Assembly: GCA_043228905.1 (NCBI GenBank)
Contig: JBHGNT010000008.1
Coordinates: 18,414,001 to 18,478,000, forward strand
Reading direction: 5' to 3'
Length of the DNA stretch: 64,000 nt
From: Azolla caroliniana
Lineage: Eukaryota > Plantae > Polypodiophyta
Part shown: positions 1 to 11,400 of the stretch, one piece after another
How the letters are laid out: the number at the start of each line of letters is the position of its first letter
Position numbering within the stretch: the stretch's first letter is position 1
Translations under genes and position numbers: made by a program
The notes under the pieces: model-generated
What the model was told of the DNA's origin: nothing
Database searches by the model: none
Seen by the model: the letters and a program-made list of their open reading frames with translations, nothing else

Positions 1-360
1 GAAGATGAGAGACATGCCTGTGTGCAAAGACCTCTGGCTGCCAGTGTAGTTCAGAGATAAAAGACTAGACAAGATCGATGTAGTGACTTGGGAAGTGTTG
101 CATCTAAAGGCGGCCGCATACATAAGGTGTTTTATAGACATGAGTCTATACAACAACTTCGGCGAAGAAATAGAAGTAGACGTCCTATGGAAGACGATTG
201 GCATCATGTTCGAAAACAAGAATGTTGTGAACCGAGTCTCAGTATTTCGAAAAATCGTGAGGCTCTGGTATCAGGATGGCTCCAGTATGACGGAGCACAT
301 CAATGCCTTCCAAGGATTGATGAACCAAACCACCTCTTTAGAAGTACCTCAGGCCGACGA
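1..360 (+). pseudogene. Ty1/Copia gag (UBN2-type) fragment of the outermost Copia, which begins before the window
   Basis: ORF 83-439 reads 'LWKTIGIMFENKNVVNRVSVFRKIVRL...SMTEHINAFQGLMNQ', a Copia gag pattern; similarity stops at ~360 where LTR-like DNA begins. Confidence 0.8.
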
Positions 361-695
361 GGTACGTAGGATATTATTTTCATTTAAGTTTTACTACAGA
401 AAATTATTGTATATTCCAGATTTCTCTAGAACATTCTAGAAGCTTCAGGACTATTCCTGAGAACACTATAAAAAGAGGCATAAGACATTATTTCGAACCA
501 AATTGGTTCAACGCCAGTCTTAAGCCTCATAGCTATTTTGTACTTACTCTTCACATAATATGTCATCTGTTATCATTATCCTCTCTCTCTCTCTCTCTCT
601 CTCTCGTGAGTCTTACGTAGTCCGTCCTCTTAGTACTAATAGTACTTCCCTTCTCTAGTACTAATTCTCTCTCTGTTTTAGTACTATTCTTGACA
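361..695 (+). repeat. 5' LTR of chromovirus A (left edge uncertain)
   Basis: TATAAA at 467, (CT)n tract, ends TGACA; similar to LTR 36714-37130. Confidence 0.7.
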
Positions 696-765
696 GTTTG
701 AACCAATTCTTCCCTCTGGTCTTCTTTTCGGTTTCCCTCATCCTCTTATCGCTTTTTCCAATACT

Positions 766-1467
766 ATGGCTACTGTTAGTGCCCAGGAATCTCAATCCGT
801 TTTTTTCGAGCTACAATGTCTAAAAGAAAAATTTGTTGCATTGGAACAAGAAAACCAACGATTGTTAGGGGATCTTCAACAAATTTCTTTAGAAAAATAG
901 CAAACGCAGCAACAACATGGGGAGTTAGCGTTACGCATACAACAACTCGAAGCAACCATCGTAACATTACAACAACAAGGATCAAGTCCCCAAGGACTTC
1001 ATAAAGAGCCTAAGATTGGTCTTCCTATGAAATTCGATGGAACGCGCTCACAATTCAAAGGATTCCTTAATCAGGTACGCTTAGTCATGCAAATGCATCC
1101 TTCCCGATACCCCACTGACGCATCCCGGGTAGGCCTAATAGGCACGATGCTCAGCGGCTCAGCCTTGGCATGGTTCGCTCCGCTTTTGGAAAAACAATCT
1201 CCCTTGCTTAATAACTTTGAAGAATTTATTAACGAGTTTAAAGCCTGCTTTGGAGATACCGACAGCATCAGGACGACAATCAACAAAATCCGACGATTGC
1301 ATCAAGGCGATTGTCCAGCCTCTACCTACGCGGCGGATTTCCGTCTACTTGCCTCAGATATCCCCTGGAATGATCAAGCACTAATGGAGCAGTTCCACTA
1401 CGGCCTGTGAAACGACGTCAAAGATTTACTTTTAACCTTTCCCAAAGAACCAAAATCTCTTACAGAG
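766..1467 (+). pseudogene. Chromovirus A gag, 5' part
   Basis: 'KFDGTRSQFKGFLNQVRL...ALAWFAPLLE...ALMEQFHYGL' with in-frame stops. Confidence 0.85.
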
Positions 1468-1951
1468 TGTTGAGCGAGCAAGCTGAACCGAATTCGGATC
1501 GGCTGAATAAGCCTAAGACGGATCGATATCCGGATGGTATCTAGAAACAACCGGCCGGATCGGGGAACCGGAAGCCTAGTAGTAGCCTAGACTACTAGGT
1601 AATCATTGTCTCGTAGTTAGTGTCAATCGCACGTCTGAGCATTGAAGTACCTGTCAGTCCTTATGGACTTGTATAAATAGTGTTGTTTAACACGTTGTAT
1701 GTACATAGTTTTTTAGTTAATTTTTTAATATAGTTTTATGTTCTACTCTCTCTGTCTCCTTTGTGTTTGAAGCTTTTCCATTAAACCTTCATCTCATTTT
1801 CTGTTGCTATCTAGCTGAGCTGGTTCTGTCTGACACTTCCACACATTAACATTCACATGGTATCAGAGCGCGAGGGTTGAAAACTTCTGTAGCCGACATT
1901 TGCTTCCATAGACGAACCCTAGAACCCGGTAACAACAAATAGAGAGAAGAT

Positions 1952-4432
1952 ATGGACAACGAAATGACGAGTTCACTTCCAACAGAGAAGCTCGACTGGG
2001 GCAACTATGCGTCCTGGTCATATAAAATGCACCAGTACTTGCTGGGGCATGGATATTGGAGCTTCGTGGAAGGAACAAATGAAGTAGCACTGGAGCCATC
2101 ACACAAAGACTTCCCGGTATGGGAGCAAGGAGCGAGTTGGGTATTGTACTGTCTCGCGTCTGGTGTGCATGATCAAATGCTCAGCTACATCAAGGATGCA
2201 AAGACGCCGAAGGACGCCTGGGAAAATCTACGGAAGATTTTCGCCGCAAGTACCACAACTCGTAAGTTGCAGCTCCGGCAAGAGCTTAACAACATCCGAC
2301 AAAGAGACATGTCGGTTATGGACTACACCACCAAGATAAAGGAGATTTGCGATGCACTCGGGTCCATCAATGTGACGGTGGATGAAGACGAGATGGTACA
2401 AATCTGCCTCGGTGGTCTAGCGCAGAGGTACGGGCCAATCCGGACAATGATTTGCACCCGGGAGAAACCACTGTCTTTCTTCGACTTATAATCGGTGCTG
2501 ATGGTCGAAGAAAACCACGTGAGTGGGTCAAGGACCACTCAATCGGACGACTGGATGATGTACACGGAGACAGATCGGCCCCATGGACGTGGTGGACAAG
2601 GTGGGTCGGCACGCAATGGAGGCGACCGGAAAGAGCAAGACCGGAGGTACAAAGGAGGTGCCAACAATAGTTCCGAACCCTCCACAAGCAGGGGGAATCA
2701 AAGCGGCGCCGGGAACCGGCAAGGAAAGGCCAACACGAAATGCTGGTACTGTGGAAAAAAGGGCCATAGGGAAAGAAAGTGTTGGAAGAAGTGCGTTGAT
2801 TCGGATAAATCCGGATACGGCAAAACCGGTCGGGAGAACTGGCAAAGCTCTCACTATGCGGAAGGATTGGAAGGATCGGGAACCGGGAAATCGGTAAAGG
2901 GCCAGCCTTCGTGATGAAGCACAAGGCTAACTCGATGAAGAAGACTACTTCCGAATCGGAGGAAGTATGGTACGTTGATTCTGGAGCGTCCAACCACATG
3001 ACGAGCCATGAAGAGTGGTTCTCTTTTTTGGAGAAACTGGAACAACCGGGGATTGTTGAAACCGGAGACGACACCCCTCACCGGATTGTGCATGTCGGAG
3101 AAGTCCCTTTAAGCCATGTCGGACAAAAGGGGAAGCTGATGAATGTACTACACGTTTCGACTATCACAAAGAACTTGGTGTCAGTTGGACAAATCGTCGA
3201 CCAGGGGATGCAGGTGCGGTTTACACACCTAGGTGCTTCATCGAGGAAGAGGGTCGGATAATTGCACAAGGGCGTAGAGACGGGAGGATGTCGGCACTGC
3301 TATGTTAGCGAAAGGGCAGAAGGTCGAATTGGACATCGACCTGTGGCACAAGCGGATTGACCACGTCAATTATCGGAGGCTTCAGGACCTACAATCGAAA
3401 CAAGTCGTTTTCGGTTTGCCGAAATTTAGTGGCCGGAAGGCCGAAATTTGTGAAGCCTGCCAACTCGGGAAGCAACACCAACTTCCATTCCCCACCGATC
3501 GAAACCGGAGCCATAACAAGCTCGATTTAATCCATTCGGATGTACGGGGACTAACACAAAACGTTAGTCTTGGCGGGAGTTGGTATTTCGTCTCCTTCAT
3601 CGACGACTACAACCGACACACGTGGATCTACCTCATCGAGAGGAAGAGTGAAGTCGTCAAGTGTTTCCGGAACCTTCAAAGCTTGGTTGAATGGGAAACG
3701 GAGAGGAAGATCAAGCGCATGCGGTCGGTTGGCAGGAAAGAATACTTTTCTGGCCAATTCAACAGTTATTTGTAGCAGAATGGAATTCGGAGAGAATTCA
3801 GCTGCAGGTACACACTGGAGCAAAACAATGTGGCCGAAAGGAAGAACCAGTTGATTGTCGACACGGCAAGGGCAATGTTGGAGGAGAAGAGCATGCCCCA
3901 TTTATACTTGGTTGAGGCAGTCTGGATGACCGTCTACATCCAAAACCGGATCGGTGACAAGGTGTCAGCACATGAGTTGTATTTCGGGTGAAAGCCGAAT
4001 TTGAGACACCTTCGGATATTTGGCAGCATAGCATATGTGCATGTACCAGATGAGAAGCGGAGGAAGCTGGATCCGAAGTCGGAGAAGTGCATTCTAGTCG
4101 GTTACTCATATGAGCAAAAGGGGTATAAGTGCTATAACCCCTGGACTAAGCAGGTCCGAGTAAGCCGAGATGTCGAGTTTGATGAGACGGCATCATGGTA
4201 CTCCTTACCGACTCCAACTCCCGACGAAGACCCGATTCCGGAACATGAGGCTAGTGAGCCCGAGGAGGTCCAGGTAGAAGATGAAGACTTCGGCACTCTA
4301 GAAGAGAGTCCGATCTCATTCCGGCTAAGTTGATCGAATGAGCGGATGAGTCAGGATGACCAGTTGGATGAGGAACCGACGAGTAGTGGAGACTCTGCCG
4401 TGCTCTCCCCGCGCAAGGAACCGAGGAGATGG
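1952..4432 (+). pseudogene. Copia-2 gag, protease and integrase
   Basis: UBN2 gag, CWYCGKKGH knuckle, WYVDSGASNHM protease, LWHKRIDH pre-integrase, rve core; stops and frameshifts. Confidence 0.9.
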
Positions 4433-5150
4433 TGTCGTGGAGAAAACCATCCCTAGGCGGAAACTGGGTATAACATGCGTAAACCGACCCTTACACGTGG
4501 GCACAAGTTTTGTTGTATAGTACGTAGATAGGTACAAGTCGGCTGAGGTGAAATCCTAGGTAGCACGCATTCATTAGGGAGAAAATCGAGGCATATCCCT
4601 GTCCTTTCAGACAGGGAATAAACATGATGTAACGGGTGGTAATGGCCTCCCTCATTGGGCTATAAAAGAGAGGGAGAGGTATGGTAAAAAAAAGAGGAGG
4701 AATTGTGTTTTGTGGAGGACGAAGTGCCGCCGAACTGGAACCGAGCTCTTCTCCTCTGTCTTCTCCATAGTCGCTCTGTGCAAGTTTTCGGGGGGCTGAC
4801 TCTGCTTTGCGGAACGCCCGAGTGCTTCCGGTAGAGTCTCCATCTCGCGTTGTGTGTGTGTGTCAGGCGTCAGTCAGAGCCTATCACTCGCCGGCTTGCC
4901 GGTTGTAACTCCTTGATTCGTATATACATATACATTCGTTCTGTCTCCATTGTTCAGAGTTAGTTGCAACTTCTGTGAATTTGTGTGTCTGTGCGCGTGT
5001 GAAGTACATCGGTAGTTTCCTTCCCCTCTTCTCATTCAGTTATTTCTCGGTCCTAGGCCCCCGTGGTCCCGCCTCGTTCTCCACGCACGCGCATAACAAT
5101 GCGACATATTTGGTGAAACCGACATGAACATGCGGCAGAGGAATAGAAAG

Positions 5151-7158
5151 ATGAGAGGGTCGGATCTTGCAGAAGCCATGGCTTCGACTGTGGATCAGAT
5201 AGTGAGTGCGTGCGAAGGCACAAGCGCCCTCGATAGGGCTATTGAAGCAGTCGTCAGCACGATAGGCCGGTTCGGTGGGAAGGACGCCACGAGCTATTTG
5301 GAGGCTTACCGAGCCGAAATGGTGATGAGGGACATCCCGAAGGACATGCGACTGGCTGGATTCCCTCGGGTGGCGATGCCGGGCATCCACGCGGAGGTGC
5401 TTGAGGTACGGGCTGAGAGTCGGACCTGGGAAGAGTTTGAAGGTCGGCTCCTTGAAAAATACGGGCTTGATGACGCGCTTCGGCTATCGAAGTGAGACTT
5501 CATGGAATGGGTGGAGACCCCCGAAAAGGGGAGAAACGCGTCGGTGCTCCTTTGAGAGTTTGAAGAACGCTTCGCACGTCTTTCGGCGCTGGACCGGACC
5601 GTACTGGACACAAGTCGTGTCCTATTGTTCATTAAATCGGTGGATGTAAGGGACCGGGAGCAAGTGGGCTTCCTGCTAGAGACCGATGACGGCCTAACAA
5701 CTGACTGGGCCATGGTAAAGAGAGTCTGCGGCCATTTTGACAAACGACGCGAGTGGATCGATAAAGGCTTGACGGAGGAGCGGCTCTGGAGGAGCTGACT
5801 CAGATGGTGAGGGACCTCCAGATTGCACAAGCAAGGAGGGACGACGGCGAACAAGTCCGTGACCGAAGGCCTCTGGTTGGTAACCGGTGCTTGTGGTGCG
5901 ATGCGGTCAGCCACGCACGAAAGGATTGCGGGGACTTCGCCGAAGCGATATGAGCTAACATGGTGTACCTATGGAACGGTCGGGTGCACGCTAGCGAGAT
6001 CCGAAGGGCCCTGGATCTGAATGTCAGACGAGGGGGTATGAAACGGCTGATGGAAGAAGCGGCGGCTCGCCACGCGGAGACCGTCCACTACTTGGCGTCG
6101 GCTGGAATCCGGGTCGGAAGTGATGAAGTCCGGAAGACGAAGGAAGCCGGATTCTGGCCGTTGATGCTGGAAGGCCTCGCTGGCGTACGACTGAGGAAAG
6201 AGGAAGCCGACTACGCGGAAAGACGGGTCCGGGAGGCAACCGGGTGGAGTGACCCGGTCGAAGAGAAGACGGGCTTTGTTGAAACCGCTTGCCAAAACTA
6301 CGAGGTTTTGTGGAGGACAAGCATGCGGGTAAGACCGGAGGGGCTGGACCCTCACAACGGTATGAGACCCGGTACGGGCAAAAGCAGAATGATGCCAGTG
6401 CAACCGGCGCACCGGATAAAGCCAAGAGGGCTGAGTACCGATTGAGCACGAAGATCGAGAGGACCACGGACTTGCGAAAGGTCCTCGAGGAACGTATCCT
6501 CGACAACAAAGTGGAGCTGTCACTAAGGGAAGTGCTCGGAATCGCCAAGAAGGAGTTCCACGACTCCATCGTGGACTTGGTGAAGCGGAAAAGGCTTTTG
6601 ACAGAGCCGGAGCCGGAGAAGTCGGTGGAGGTGCGTCGTTCACACCTAGAAGACATGGCTCTAGAAGACGAGTTGGCGGAGAGCCACTATTCAAGGCCAC
6701 ATCGGGCCAGAGCAACCACGGAGACCCCCGTTAAGATTGGAGATGTTCAGGAGCTGGTGGTGGCGTTGATGGATTATGGTTTAGAAATAAACTTGATGTC
6801 CATGGACTTCTACAAGAAGGGGAAGTGGCCAATCAACACCAAGCACGGGTGGAAAATACGGGCAGCAACGCGCGCCACGGAAGAGCTGCATGGAGCTTGC
6901 CCGAATGTACAAGTAAAGATCGGCGATGTCGAGATCGATCAACACTTCTTCGTGCAGGAGATGTCCTCGCACCTGGTTATACACGGGGAACCGTACATCA
7001 CGGCGGCACGGATGGAGACAAAGGTGCTGGACAACGGTTTGGCATATGCATGAGTCAAGAGCCAAGATGGGCGTCACTCGGTCCAATTCCTGACGGTGCG
7101 ACCGAACCATGAGCGTAACCACGAGACCCTCGGTGGCGAAAACCGAGAGGATTTTTAG
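5151..7158 (+). pseudogene. Element 1 gag plus aspartic protease
   Basis: 'IGRFGGKDATSYLEAYRAEM', 'VALMDYGLEINLM'; frame ends GAG GAT TTT TAG. Confidence 0.85.
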
Positions 7159-8407
7159 AGAGGGCTATCAAGGCGTGGGGCCGCGATAGTCTGGAGACCT
7201 CGGAAAAACCCCACATATGTACTATAGGCAAAAAGACCTGTACCATAGGTAGGAAATTTTGGTTCTCCGATAGCAGAGGTTGTACGATAGCCGACGTAGT
7301 TGGCCGGGAAAAGAAGTGGGTAAAGGAGCGGCTTCGAGCATGCGGAGTCCTCGGCCCTGAAGAGGAAATCAACGGAGCCGCGGAGGCGGTCTCTTTCGAC
7401 AACACCTTGGGGAAGTTATGGGAGGTGTTCAGAGAAGGCCTTAATGAGGACCGGACGATTCCGGTATGTTCGGAAAAGATGTATGAAGTCATCGCCGACT
7501 TCGGTAATGGACTCGAGTCGGATCGGACGGCCCGAGTGGATACGAAGTACAAGACTGTGAACCGGAAGGTGAAGCCAGTTGCGGCACCCTTGTCAGAGGG
7601 CAGTGAGTTACGGATAAAGGGGGTCGCGTTGGACCCAAGTTTACGAGATCCGGGCAGCATAGGACACACGTTCACCGACATAACGCTATGGGAGCTCAAG
7701 ATCGGTGGGGGTGGCTTTCTACTACCGGCGAAAGAGGACCGGTTTCGGAGAATGCTCGGGAGGCACGAGAAGGCTTTCACATTCTCACCGGAGGAGATCG
7801 CTGAAACAGAAGGTGGAGATGGGCATCCTCGAACCGTCGAGTGCCCCATACTCGAATCAGAAGCTGATGGAGCTGCTGAAACAGAAGGTGGAGATGGGCA
7901 TCCTCGAACCGTGGAGTGCCCCATACTCGAATCAGTGGTTTACCGTGCCAAAGAAGAACGACACGTTGCGCTTTATTCAAGTCTTGTAGCCGGTCAACAA
8001 GGTGACCATTCAGAACGCAAGGATCGGACCGACCATAGACGAGTTTGCGGAGGCCTTCGCCGGAAGATCGATTTACTCAGTTGGTGATCTGTACTCGGGG
8101 TACGATCAGTTCCAACTAGCCGTGGAGAGTAGGGACATTATGACAATGCGGACTCCTCTCAGCCTAGTTCGGATGTGTACCTTATCGCAAGGGGGAACTA
8201 ACTCGGTGGCGCACATGGTGAATGCGATGAACAAAATGCTGAGGGATTGTATCCCAGACATCACCATGCCATTTCTGGACGACATCCCGATCAAAGGGAG
8301 TTCGGTGGAGGACAAGGACGAGTCGGTCGGGCCCGACGGTTGTCGGAGGTTTGTGACGGATCACATCCGCGACTACGAGAAGGTGCTACATAGACTCGAG
8401 AGCGCGT

Positions 8408-11400
8408 TGTCGTGAAGATTTTCGTCCATAGGCGGAAAACCGAGCGAAGCAAGCAAACCCGCGATGTGCAACGTTGCACATCACCATGTTGTATTTCTAT
8501 TTATCAATAGTGATAAGTATGGTGCTAGAAATGCACCTTAGGATTTGTAAAGTGTAGAGGTGATGTGCTTTTGCGCGCACATCCACGTGAGAGAGAGAGA
8601 TAGGTACATAGTAGTTCGTGTAGAGGTGGGAGTTAAGACCCATCCTTCCCACCTCCCCTAAAATCAAGGGAAATATCCCCATTGATTGAAAGGGGATATT
8701 TTGTAGCACCCTTTTATGTAACGGTCTTCCCTCCTTGTGCTATAAAGGGAGAGGAAGAGCACCATTGTGGGGGTTGCCTTATCTTTGAGTGTGAGTGAGG
8801 TATACCATTTCGTTTAGGGTTCCTTAGTTAGGGTTTCTTTTCTTCTTCGTCGGATTAGGGTTTCGGGTTTATCATAGTCGTTTGGTGCGGCCTACGCGGC
8901 CGCCATTTTGTAATCGGTTTTCGGTTCTAATATATCTTGTTGAGCATCTGGCCTCCATCTTCCTCTTGTCCATTCTTTCTCTTCTTGTGCTAAGCTCCAT
9001 TCCGAAGTCCTATTCCTTCTCCCCTTCTCCTTAGTCCAAGACCCCCGTGGTTCCGCCCTTCTCCACGCACGCGCGTAACAACGCGACATCTTTGGTGAAC
9101 CCGACGTGAAGGGCGGCAAGGGAGAAAGAGATGGAGGAAGGCTTCGACTTCGAGGAGATGATGACAAAGATCTTGATGGACGCCGGACGGAAGAGGGCGA
9201 GGCGAGAGGCGGCTCAACAAGCGGTCGAAAGGGTGGTCCGTCTAGTCGGCCGGTTCGATGGGAAGGAGGTCCCAAAATTTTTGAGAGCCTACGATGCGGA
9301 AATGACGGGGATGGGCGTGGACGAAGCGACGAGGCTAGAGTTCTTTCCTCGAGCGGCGGCCGCATCAAAGTACGAGGAGGTCAAGGAGCTCCAAGAAGCT
9401 CACGAATCGTGGGAGTCCTTTGAAGGGGCTCTAATGGAGGCATACGGGTGCGCGGAATCGGAGGTAAGAGGTCGACGAGAGTTCGATCGGTGGATGGCGT
9501 CGGCGAGGCGCCATCGGAGCGCAATAGAGGCATTCCGAGAGTTCGAGCGTCGTTTCTCTCAACTCTCGGAGTGGGAACGAAGATCGGTGGGGGCGGACAA
9601 AGTCCTCCTATTTTTGGAGACGGTCCATCATGAGGAGAGGATGGACATCATGTTCGAGCTTCAAGACGATTATGGGGCGCATGGTCTCACCGAGGAGTGG
9701 CCCGAAGTGGAATGGGTGTGTCGGCAACATGAGGCGAGGCGGTCGGCCACAACACGGCCCGCGAGCGGGGGAGAAGAGAGAGCGACGACCGACTACGCCA
9801 TGCCGCCGGACGAGAGCTCATCGCGAACCGGTTTGGAGGGGCTCGACCTACAAGCGCTAATACGGGAGGCGTGCGGGCTCGTAATGGCGAAAATCGAAGC
9901 CGAAGAATGGCTTATTGCGGGGTCGGGCCCGAGCGGATCGGAGGACGCGGAGGAAGGAGCTTCCTCACACATGGAGGACGGGGCCTATGCGGAGGCCGAA
10001 AGAGAATGGTACATCGGTACCACGGGAGAGGGTGCGGAGCGAGCCGCCCTCTCGACATGGGGGGAAAGAACGACCGAGGACGAGGTCGGGGACGGTGAGG
10101 CGGCGATCGCCGATTCGAGCGGACATGGCGGATTCGGGACATGGTGGCCCGAATCATCGAGTACGGAGGAGACAAGCGGCGGTACCGCAACCTTCCACGC
10201 ACCGGTTCAAGGGACCCCGGCGGCCAGCCCGAGTGCCCGCGTAAGACCTATGGTGAAAGGCGGTGGCGGTGGCAAGGCGGGCGACCACGGCGTCGACACG
10301 AGAGAAGGTGCGGAGCAAGCGACCGTCTCATCTCAGGGAAAAAGAACGGCCATGGACGAGGCCGATATCTACGGAGCGATGGACGCCACTTCGAGAGTGG
10401 GCGGAAGTTTCGGGACGCGGTTGCCCGAAACGTTCTACGAGGATTTCGCGAGCATACTCGAGGCTTGCGAAATGGAGGAGGAAGAGGAGACGAGCGTCGG
10501 TGTCGCGACCTTCCACACACCGGCCCTAGAGGCTTCGGCGGTCGGCCCGAGTGCCGGCACGAGACCTGGAGCTACGGATGGTGGCGGCGGCAAGGCGGAC
10601 AACCGAGATAAGGACGAGACCGGCGAAGAAGAGGCGGCGGCAAGCATACTCGATGCTTGCGAAACCGAAGACGGGGTAGCCACGGACGACGATGTCCGAA
10701 TGGAGGTGGCTACGGACGAGAGGAGTGGTGGTGTCGCGACCTTCCACACACCGGTCCTAGAGACTCCAGCACCCGGCCCGAGAGCCGGCGAGAGGCCTAG
10801 AGTGACGGACGGTGGCGGCGGCAAGGCGGGCAACCGAAACGACGACGACATGGGAGAGGGTGCGGAGCGAGCAACCCTCTCGTCTTGCGGCGAATGGACG
10901 GCCAAGGATGAGGCCGGTGACTACAAAGCGGAGAGCGCCACTTCGAAAGTGGGCGGGAGATTCGGGGCACGGCGGCCCAAAACATCGAGCGGAGAGGAGG
11001 CGAGCGGTGGTGCCGCGACCTTCCACACACCGGCCCTAGAGGCTTCGGCGGTCGGCCCGAGTGCCGGCACGAGACCTAGAACGACGGGCGGTGGCGGCGG
11101 CAAGGCGGGCAAACAAAATGATGCGGAGAACGGCGAAGAAGAGGTGGTGGCAAGCATACTAGAGGCTTACGGAATCGGAGATGGGGGAGCCGCGGACAAC
11201 GACGTCCGAACGAAAGCGGCTACGGAGACAACAAGCGGCGGTGCCGGGTCCTTACCCACACCAATCCTAGAGGCTCCAATGGCCGGCCCAAGTGCCGGCA
11301 TGAGGCTTAGTGCGACGGGAGGTGACGGCGGCAAGGCGGGCAACGGAATCGAGAAGGAAGATTGGAGCGGACGGAGGCAAGACCCCTTGACGCCGGGGCC

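Noticed and set aside
5306-7924. Long minus-strand ORFs (202-289 aa) in element 1
   Set aside because: Antisense shadows of gag-pol with no domain signal
8497-8709. Identical 70-aa ORFs here and at 13248-13460
   Set aside because: Lie within identical LTRs; useful only as evidence of LTR identity
9093-9110. tRNA-Trp gene
   Set aside because: Only the ~17-nt complement of the tRNA 3' end (PBS); no cloverleaf
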